Made by a program: the position numbers and the translations under genes | Notes under the pieces: generated by a model | Seen by the model: the letters and a program-made list of their open reading frames with translations, nothing else | What the model was told of the DNA's origin: nothing | Databases searched by the model: none | Source of the DNA: Octopus sinensis | Taxonomy: Eukaryota | Assembly: GCF_006345805.1 (NCBI RefSeq) | Contig: NC_043008.1 | Span: 37,076,001-37,140,000, forward strand | DNA length: 64,000 bases | Direction: 5' to 3' | Shown here: positions 54,055 to 64,000 of the stretch, piece after piece | Layout: each line of letters begins with the position of its first letter | Numbering within the stretch: position 1 is the stretch's first letter

Positions 54055-55655
54055 AAGGCCATGAGTATGATACCTGATGATATGCTGTGTCCTTGAGCAA
54101 GACACTTTATTTCATTTTCCTCCAGTCCACTCAGCTGGCAAAAATGTGTTGTATCAGTAATTCAAAGGGGCCAGTTTTGTCACATTTGGTGTCACTCTGA
54201 ATCCCACTGCAAACTACATTACCATGTCAAAAGTACACATGTCTGTGGAGTGCTCAGCCATTTGCATGTTAATTTCATGAGCAGGTTGTTCTGTTGATTG
54301 GTTCAATTGGAATACACATCATCATAACCAAGAGAATGCCAGTTAGTTAGATTGTCACATGTATAATTTCTTTTGGCATTTGGTCGTGATAGTATTCTGA
54401 GATTTTGAAAATTTGAGAATTCCAGCAGGTTAACGATTATGAAGAATTTACAAGTTTAATTGTTAACTAGCATTTATCATATTTTAACTCACACAGTATT
54501 ATTCAAATGATGTATGATAAGTGTTTTTGTCAAACTTAAACATTTTTTAAACAATGCTAAATGGTGAATATTACAATAACTCTATAGTTATTAACAATGG
54601 AATTTTTTGTCAAGAAGCAGGATAATTATTAAATTGCAAGCACACCAGATGTATCTGAGATAATATTGTACTAATTTGATGTAAAAATAATCACAAAACT
54701 ATGATCATGAACATCTTCATTTATATTTGTTAAAATTTTGTTTATGAACAGTACTTCTATTATTTCTTAAATAATTACATCTTTCTTTCGGTGCCATCAA
54801 AGTTAAATATGTTTAATAATGAGCATTTTAAAATCCTTATAGGCATGCTGTCATTCATAAGGAAACATTTTGACATATTAGCAAACATGAAAATTGCAAA
54901 GGGTAACCACACCAAGGTCCTTAAACAGTCTTTACTTACAGATTAATAAAAGATGTGTTTGTAATAATGAAATTTTAAAGAATTCTGACAGCTCTCTTGT
55001 TATTAGAAATTAATAATTTTGACATCAGTAATCACGAAATTAGGAATTGGAACTGTTCCAATGTCAGAAAAATAATGAATTCTGACAGGATTGAATTCAT
55101 CAACCTTAAAACTTATAATTACGATTATCAAATTTTCAAAATTTTGGCAGATCAGTGATCATTAGAGACTGAAATACACAACATATGAGCACATATGCAA
55201 ACAATGGACATGGACTAAACTAGTGTCACATAGTAACCTCTGATAGATATGTACTCATCGAAACAGTAAATTATAACATGATGGTGAGAATAAAAATGTC
55301 ATAAATCTAACAAATTTCATTGTTGTCATCATCATCATCATCATCAACATTACTATTTAACATCCATTTTCTATCCTGGAATGGGTTGGACAATTTTACA
55401 GGATCTGATGAGCTCCAAGGCCACACTGAGGTCCTGTGTCTGCTTTGGCTGGGTTTCTATGGCTGGATGCTCTTCCTGATGCCAATCTCTTTACTGCATA
55501 TACTGGGTGCTTTTTTCATGGCACAAGCACTAATAAGGTCAGCAAATATCTTGCAAGATATGAAAAGAACAGGATATAGGAAAAGACTTCTCAACTAAGT
55601 GGTGATTGGGAGTATTTGAGAGGTGGGGCAGTGGTTTTCTACAAAATATTGAGAT

Positions 55656-56062
55656 GCGCAGGAGTGGCTGTGTGGTAAGTAGCTTGTTTACCAACCACAT
55701 GGTCCCGGGTTCAGTCCCACTGCATGGTACCTTGGATAAGTGTCTTCTACTATAGCCTCGAGCCAACCAAAGCCTTGTGAGTGGATTTGGTAGACGGAAA
55801 CTGAAAAGAAGCCCATCGTATATATATATATATATATATATGCATGTGTGTCTCTGTTTGTCCCCCTAGCATTGCTTGACAACTGATGCTGGTGTGTTTA
55901 TGTCCCCGTAACTTAGCGGTTTGGCAAAAGAGACTGATAGAATATGTACTGGGCTTACAAAAGAATAAGTTCCAGGGTCGAGTTGCTCAATTAAAGGCGG
56001 TGCTCCAGCATGGCCACAGTCAAATGACTGAAACAAGTAAAAGAGTAAAAGAGTAAAAGAGT
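55656..56062 (+). mobile_element. Family-A SINE
   Basis: Full-length plus copy with (taaaagag)n tail. Confidence 0.95.
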
Positions 56063-56649
56063 ATGCTAAAGTATGATAAAAGGACATGATGAAGTATCTT
56101 GCTATAGAAGAGTTATTGAATATTTTCATTTTACTGACCTCAGAAAAATAAAATAAAAATTAATTCTTGATTCATTTGAAAGTAGAACATAAAAGAACAA
56201 CAATAAAATACTAGGATGTACTTGCATAGCAAGTGATCTGATCTGAGATCATGTGCTGGAACGAAAAAAATTGCAGCATGGAAAGTGTTTATAAGCCATC
56301 TAAGAAACACCAAAAACTGTTAGATTCACTTTTAATATTTATATTTAATTTGCCATTTAATTTTAAATAAAATGCTGCAATATTCATAAATGTATTCTTA
56401 TTAAAATGTTCAATTCTGACTTGTATCTTGCCCCACAGCTAAAAATTTGGACTAATTATAAGATTTACAAAATATTTGTAAATTGCTGAATTTGAAAATA
56501 TTATCCAGCCATAATAATTCCAAATTTTCAACTATGTAAGACCATTAACTCTATATATTTTAACAAATACAGTGTAATGAAATAGCTTATGCTAATATGC
56601 ATTTAGCTGTTTAACATTAAAACCTTAAGTAGTTTTGAAAATAAATACC

Positions 56650-57051
56650 TATTTCTTTACTACCCACAAGGGGCTAAACACAGAGGGGACAAACAAGGAC
56701 AGACACACAGATTAAGTCGATTATATCGACCCCAGTGCGTAACTGGTACTTATTTAATCGACCCCGAAAGGATGAAAGGCAAAGTTTGAACTCAGAACGT
56801 AGTGGCAGACGAAATACCTATTTCTTTATTACCCACAAGGGGCTAAACACAGAGGGGACAAACAAGGATAGACATAGGTATTAAGTCGAATACATCGACC
56901 CCAGTGCTTAACTGGTACTTACTTAATCGACCCCGAAAGGATGAAAGGCCAAGTCGACCTCGGCGGAATTTGAACTCACAACGTAACGGCAGCCGAAATA
57001 CCGCTAAGCATTTCGCCCGACGTGCAAACGATTCTGCCAGCTCGCCACCTT
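56650..57051 (-). mobile_element. Family-B SINE, dimeric body
   Basis: tatttcttta.tacccacaaggggctaaacacagagggg module twice; ttttgaaaataaatacc TSD. Confidence 0.92.
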
Positions 57052-57636
57052 AAATTTTGAAAATAAATACCATGTTTGTAAAGCATCAATTGTTACTAAT
57101 TTTAACAAGTACATGATCATAGAAAATTACCAAATATTCCATAATAAGCATAGCTGTGACTGTCTGGCAAGAAGCTTGCTTCTCAGTCATATGGTTCTGG
57201 TTTCAGCCCCACTGTGTGACTCCTTGGGCAAGTGTGTTTTACGATAGCCCCAGGTTGACCAAAGCCTTGTGTGTGGATTTGGTAGATGGAAACTGAAAGA
57301 GGCCCGTGTATATGTCTGTGTTTGCTCCCCACCCTACACACACATGCACAACTGCTTTAGAACTGGTGCTGGCTTGTTTACCTTTCCAATTCAGCTAAAA
57401 GAGATTGATAGACTAAATACCAGGCTTTAAATAATGTAAAAAAAAAGTTATGGGGTTGATTTGTTTGACTAAACCCTTCAAGACTGTTCTCCAGTATGGT
57501 CACAGCCTAACGACTGAAACAAGTAAAGTATGAAACGTGTAAGAAGGTTTTTCTGAGAATATAAAGTTACAAGTGAACCATCACAAAAGTAGACAATTCT
57601 GAGACTGTTTGAGTCATGCAAAGTAAACAATGATTA

Positions 57637-58050
57637 CTTACTCTCTTTTTACTCTTTTACTTGTTTCAGTCATTTGACTGCAGTCATGCTGGAGCACCGC
57701 CTTTAGTCGAGCAAATCGACCCCGGGACTTATTCCCTGTAAGCCCAGCACTTATTCTATCGGTCTCTTTTGCCGAACTGCTAAGTGACGGGGACGTAAAC
57801 ACACCAGCATCGGTTGTCAAGCAATGCTAGGGGGACAAACACAGACACACAAACATATACACACACATTTATATATATATACATATATACGACAGGCTTC
57901 TTTCAGTTTCCGTCTACCAAATCCACTCACAAGGCATTGGTCAGCCCGGGGCTATAGCAGAAGACACTTGCCCAAGATGCCACGCAGTGGGACTGAACCC
58001 GGAACCATGTGGTTGGTTAGCAAGCTACTTACCACACAGCCACTCTTGCG
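57637..58050 (-). mobile_element. Family-A SINE (an older plus copy lies at ~57150-57530)
   Basis: Full-length reverse copy. Confidence 0.95.
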
Positions 58051-59233
58051 GAAATTTATATAAAACCTGAAGAATTATGAACACAGACAAATTCAAATAG
58101 GTTGATATTCATTAAATACTATAATTGGGGAGGAATAGTGACAGCTTGGTGAATAGGGAACAAAAGATGAAAATTAAGATGCTACTGCCAATATGGTAAG
58201 AGCTCTAGTCTAGTGATGAATTTGCTGCTCCTGGATGATAAAGAATTGGTGAGATCGATCTACAGACCAGAGACATTACGATGCTGACATTAGCATTTTG
58301 ATTTTCCTTTTTTTTAACCCTACTCATCAAGTTATCCCTATTCCATCCAAATGATGGTACTTCAAAATTTTGCATAGCAGTTAACAGGAAGTAAATTCTT
58401 GTATTTACCTGGTTGAGAATAATGATAATTATCAGTGCACAGTATTTATAAAATAAGGTAAAAATCTTTAAATAATTGTAAGATTTTATAAATTATTACA
58501 ATATTTAAGTTTTGAAAAGTCTGCAGTGATGAAAAATTACAAAGTATATCATAACAAATAGTATTACATCTATGTTGAAATGATAAATTCTAACATGTTT
58601 GCAGCAAAGAAAATGACGAATCGTGAGTAATTTTGTATGTGATATATATAAAAAACTTGTCAAATTCTAAAAGTTTATGAAAAATTGTAACATTTCACAA
58701 ATCTAAGAACAAAATATTCATGCTTTCTATTAAGTATAGTTTAATGAAAATGATCAATTCTGACATGACTTCAGGCAAGAAAAGTAAAAATCATGAGAAA
58801 TTATAAGAATTTTTATCAGATTTAAAAAAAAAATAATCATTAACATTTGGAAATTCTCTTCAGTACATAGCAATAAAGAATCAAAATGTTTGCGTATATA
58901 GTAACAAGAAAGCTATGTATACTAATAAGTGTAGTGCAGTCAAAATTCTTACATATATGTATGATGCTATGAAATTGAAAAATCAGGAGTAATTCTGAGA
59001 ATTTATTTGCAAATTATTAAAATATGGTAATTCTGAATGCTCTACTTGCTTATCATGGAAAATTTCAAAAATTTCACTTATTTCACGTTTTCATTATGGT
59101 TTCATAAAAAATGTTTATTTCTAATGTGTACATGGCAACAGAAATGAGGAATCTTGACTACCCCCTCCCCCTCCTCCTCCTCCTCTTCATCATCATCATC
59201 GTTGTCATCGTCGTCGCGTCGTCGTCGTCGTCG

Positions 59234-59266
<33 letters not shown>

Positions 59267-60573
59267 CCATCACCATCATCATCATCATCATCATCATCAT
59301 CCTCATCATCATCACCACCATCACCACTGCCGCCGCTGTTTTAACGTCCACTTTTCCAAGCTTGCATGAGTCAAAAAGAACTTTTTGAAGCAAGATTTTC
59401 TATGGTTAGATTCTCTTCCTATCACCAACCTTCACATGACCAGATGTAATTTTTATAGAAGACATCTCTTGTATGACTGATGCTTGTTTAGAGTCACAAC
59501 ACGATGTCAAGACAATGGCGCATGCACAAACACACACACATATGCACACATAAACACACATGCACACATGCACACTCATACAGATCTAAATGTATGATGG
59601 AATCTCCTGTGAAAGATGACATATGACATTGCATATACAAGTGCACAAGTGTGTCACATGACAGATATCAAAATGATTGCAGAGCAATGTGAAATGATGT
59701 GTTTTGCTCAAGAACACAATGTGTTGTACAGTCTAAAAATTGAACCCATGATCTAGCGATCATGAGCGCAACACTCTAACCACTAGACCACATTACAGGC
59801 TTCTTTCAGTTTCTGTGTACCAAATCTACTCACATGACCCGTCCACTTGTCCACTTGCTCAAGGTGCCATCATAACCACACGGCCACACCAGTTCCCAAA
59901 GCAACCCAATTTGCAAATTCTAGTGGATCTTTGATGATCCGAACCTCTGTTATTCTACATGAGTTCTTTGCATTCTAATACACCCACAGTAGTGTAAAGG
60001 AATTATTGTAACATCCCTTGAACCAAATAGAAATCTTTAGCCATCGTTAGATGACTAAAGGTTTTTATTTTTACATTTATGTCTAGATGAGCCATCATGG
60101 ACTAAATCAGTTCTTATTCTGAATTACTGCTCCCCCAGATGCGTAAAAAAAAACTGAGCCTCACTTGAACATTCCATTTTTGGCATTTTTTCTATGAATA
60201 GATATCCTGCTTAATACCAATTACTTTATTGCTCTGTTTAATTGTGGCATCAGTACTTAGAGGGACTGGTATGTTCTTAATGCAGCCTAAAAGTCTATTT
60301 TGATTTAGATTGTATTTAACAGAGTGTACTGAGTGTGTTTATTGTGATACAACATTTGAGGGGTTGCTCTGTTCCTACAAGACTGAGAAGTCCTCTTTTA
60401 CTTAATGTGGTCCCTACTTTTTTAAGGGAAACATAACCAAATGTATAAATAGAAGAGTTGGTGATAACTAAGACTGTGAAAAGAAGAGTGTGTATGAACA
60501 GCAGTGCAGTATGGGGGTGGGAGGGAACAGTTATGGGGGATGGTAGAAGGGGGAAAGGAAAAGAGACAGTGAT

Positions 60574-61153
60574 ATATTTCTTTACTGCCCACAAGGGGCT
60601 AAACATAGAGGGGACAAACAAGGACAGACAAAGGGATTAAGTCGATTACATCGACCCCAGTGCTTAACTGGTACTTTATTTATCGACCCCGAAAGGATGA
60701 AAGGCAAAGTCGACCTCGGTGGAATTTGAAATCAGAACATAAAGACAGACAAAATACCTATTCCTTTACTACCCACAAGGGGCTAAACACAGAGAGGACA
60801 AACAAGGACAGACAAAAGGATTAAGTCGATTACATCGACCCCAGTGCGTAACTGGTACTTATTTATCGACCCCGAAAGGATGAAAGGCAAAGTCGACCTC
60901 GGTGGAATTTGAAATCAGAACATAAAGACAGACAAAATACCTATTCCTTTACTACCCACAAGGGGCTAAACACAGAGAGGACAAACAAGGACAGACAAAA
61001 GGATTAAGTCGATTACATCGACCCCAGTGCGTAACTGGTACTTTATTTATCGACCCCGGAAGGATGAAAGGCAAAGTCGACCTTGGTGGAATTTGAACTC
61101 AGAACGTAACAACAGACGAAATACCGCTAAGCATTTCGCCCGGCGTGCTAACG
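60574..61153 (-). mobile_element. Family-B SINE, trimeric body (~183-bp module x3)
   Basis: Module starts at ~60574, 60759 and 60941; a single head at ~61100-61153; aagaga(aa)cagtgata flanking repeat. Confidence 0.93.
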
Positions 61154-62149
61154 ATTCTGCCAGCTCGCCACCTTAAGAGAAACAGTGATAGTAACACATT
61201 GGGATTTGGTAGGAGGTTAAATAAGAAAACGACACAAACAGCTTGATAGGGTAGCAATAAAGATGTACCATGGCAAGAGTGAGTGAATGAGGAATAGTAG
61301 CAGAGATGGTAAGGGTAAGAGTGATAGGAGAGGGGGGTAATACAAGAGACATGGTAACAGCTATATTTTGGTTGTTGGTAGAAAGTTCAATAGAAATCAA
61401 CAAAGGCAAGTGTGACAGGGTGGCAATAAAGATGTATAAATGGAAGAGGATAGAAATGAAAGGCAGCAATAGAGATTGTGGAGACGAGAGTGGTACATGG
61501 TAACTAAGAGTCACGATGGAGGGGGGAGAGAAAATGAGAGTTAGAAGGCGATAGAAGTGTGTACTAAATATGGAATAATCCAATGTCATCCCTCATTACA
61601 CAAGTGTCATGACGAAGTGAGGAAAGATCTAGTGATGGGGAGGGAATGGTGAGGGGGGAGAGGTAAAATGATAACGATCATGATTGATGACAGAAATGCT
61701 GAATAGACAGATCAAATGCTACGCCTCATTACATTGTGCATATCTAAGAATATGAAACCTATATATCCTGATAAGTGCAATACAATGAAATAGGTCAATT
61801 TAGACACGTATCTGAAACAATAATTAAACATTTTGTCTAATTGTAATCATTGATATCATGTTATTAATTAAGACAATTGATAATGCATTTAAAAACTCAT
61901 TAAAAGTCGCACATTTGTTAATTATATGAATTCCGTATATTATTTTATGTTCTGAAATGTGCTGAAAATGAAGTTTCTGATATGTCATGTGGTACCAAAA
62001 GCCAAAAAAAAAAAATTAAAAAAGTAATAAATAAATAAATATAAACAAAAAGCACAATACATTTTTACACCATATTTTATGGCATACAAGCCAAAAATTT
62101 CAGAGTGAAATTTACACAAGATCACCTCCTCCATTGTCCCCTCCCCTCC

Positions 62150-62460
62150 CAAAGATTCCTTGTCTTGCAAAGGTACTCGATGACCCTACCACTTAAAAAG
62201 CACCCAGTCCTGGTTGACATTTGGAAGGGCATCCAGCTGTAAAAACCATGCCAAAACTGACCTCGCCTGTGTGAGTGCCACGTAAAAAGTGCTCAGCCCA
62301 CTCTACAGAGTGATTGGTGTTAGGAAGGGCATCCAGTCATAAAAACCATGCCAAAACAGACACAGAAGCATGGTGCAGGTTCTTGACTGGGCAGGTCCTG
62401 TCAAACTGTCCAACTCATGCCAGCATGGAAGGAGGACGTTAAATGATGTTGATGACAATA
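62150..62460 (+). mobile_element. RTE 3' tail fragment
   Basis: ggaagggcatccag block twice, catgccagcatgga, gatgttgatga tail. Confidence 0.8.
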
Positions 62461-62480
62461 ATGCTTATTGGATTACTGGT

Positions 62481-62868
62481 TACTCTTTTACTCTTTTATT
62501 TGTTTCAATCATTTGACTGTAGCCATGCTAGAACACCGCCTTTAGTCAAGGAAATTGACCCCAGGACTTATTCTTTGTAAGCCTAATATTTATTCTATCA
62601 CCTCTTTTGTTGAAGCGCTAAGTTATGTGGACATAAACACACCAGCATCTGTTGTCAAGTGATGTTGGGAGTACAAACACAAACACACATACATATACAT
62701 ATATACGACAGGCTTCTTTCAGTTTTCATCTACCAAATCCACTTACAAGGCTTTGGTCAGCCTGAGGCTATAGTAGAAGACACTTGCCCAAGGTACCATG
62801 CAGTGGGACTGAACCTGGAACCATGTGGCTGGTAAGCGAGCTACTTACCACACAGCCACTCCTGTACC
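62481..62868 (-). mobile_element. Family-A SINE (followed by a family-B relic at ~62920-63160)
   Basis: Reverse full-length copy. Confidence 0.92.
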
Positions 62869-63562
62869 TATGTATTTGTATTTTTTGTTTATATATTTTC
62901 TTTAATATTGTAGATCATCAAAGCAGCATGCTGGCAGAATTGTTAGCATGCTGGGCAAAATGCTTAGCAGCATTCTGTCTCTCTTTATGTTCTGAGTTCA
63001 AATCCTGCTGAGGCTGAGTTTACCTTTCATCATTTTGAGGTCGATAAAACAAGTACCCGTTGAACAGCAGGGTCGATGTAATTGACTTAAAATAACACCC
63101 ACCCCACCACCACAAGCGCCCCAAAAATTGCTGGCCTAGTGCTAAAATTTGAAACCAATACTGCAATTCATTGATAATAATATCATTCATTACAAGCTTA
63201 CAACATGCCAATAATTGGTTAATTTCATTTCTGAAAGCGAGTATTTACAATTTGGTGTAAAACAAATATTGTCAATGATTTTGTTTGAAGAACACCAAAC
63301 TTTCTGTTACTTTGATGATGTTACCAAATTCCACTCATAAAGTATTGGTCAACCAAAATGGTATGGTAAATGACACTTGCCCAAGATGCTGTGCATTGGA
63401 ATGGAACTCAAGACTATGTAGCTGGAAAGGAAACTTTTTGATCACCCAGCTATGTTTGGAATTAACTCTTTCGACTGCACTACTTGCCTACAGAATTTTG
63501 CCCTTTAGGTAAGGCAAGAAGTCAAAGATAGCGAGAATTATTGCTAACAATAATGTAATATA

Positions 63563-63606
<44 letters not shown>

Positions 63607-63737
63607 TATATATTATATATATATACATACATACATACACATATATATATATATATACATACATATATATATATATACATACATAATATATATATATATA
63701 CACACACATACATACATACATACATACATACATACAT

Positions 63738-63780
<43 letters not shown>

Positions 63781-64000
63781 TATATATATATACATATATA
63801 TACATACATATATATATATATACATATATAAATATATACATACATACATACATATACATCTGCACGACTTCTATACACACTGTCTTTTACTACCCGCCAT
63901 TGCTTCTTCACCAAACTTTTTTGGCGCCCTCCGATTCTTCCCCTCTCTTCCTCCCATCCTCCTCCCCTCTTCCTCCCATCCTCCTTAATCCCTTCTTTCT

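Larger units (their letters stand above)
50090..56556 (+). repeat. Dispersed ~100-bp direct repeat (50090-50192 and 56454-56556)
   Basis: aaaatatttgtaaattgctgaatttgaaaatatta(c/t)ccagccataa..ccaaattttcaactatgtaa.accattaa.tctatata occurs twice. Confidence 0.9.

Noticed and set aside
58205-58295. Possible C/D box snoRNA (GTGATGA..CTGA)
   Set aside because: Weak terminal stem and no rRNA/snRNA complementarity that I can recognise.

Overview
AT-rich, repeat-saturated eukaryotic DNA. The SINE families, RTE-LINE tails and (TA)n/(CA)n/(CAT)n microsatellite density point to an octopus (coleoid cephalopod) genome; this is inferred from repeat-family recognition, not a database match. No complete host gene is visible; one plausible first coding exon lies at 48074-48180 (+). 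Most of the window is transposon-derived: three abundant tRNA-derived SINE families (several with target-site duplications), RTE, R4/Dong and CR1-type LINE relics, mariner (DD34D) and maT (DD37D) relics, non-autonomous Helitrons and a probable solo LTR. The most notable signal is a Penelope-like-element (PLE)/hammerhead-ribozyme system. (i) A 2.6-copy, ~534-bp non-coding tandem array at 29695-31080 has an 18-bp flanking duplication; each full unit carries a type I hammerhead ribozyme on the minus strand, as in a retrozyme that could yield circular RNA. (ii) A decayed PLE at ~36630-40130 has a GIY-YIG endonuclease interrupted by a ~107-copy 19-bp minisatellite, an inverted copy of its 5' end and a CpG-decayed hammerhead. 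(iii) Several further hammerhead relics are present. Long inverted repeats and hairpins could form dsRNA. Nearly all ORFs in the supplied track are microsatellite or repeat artefacts.
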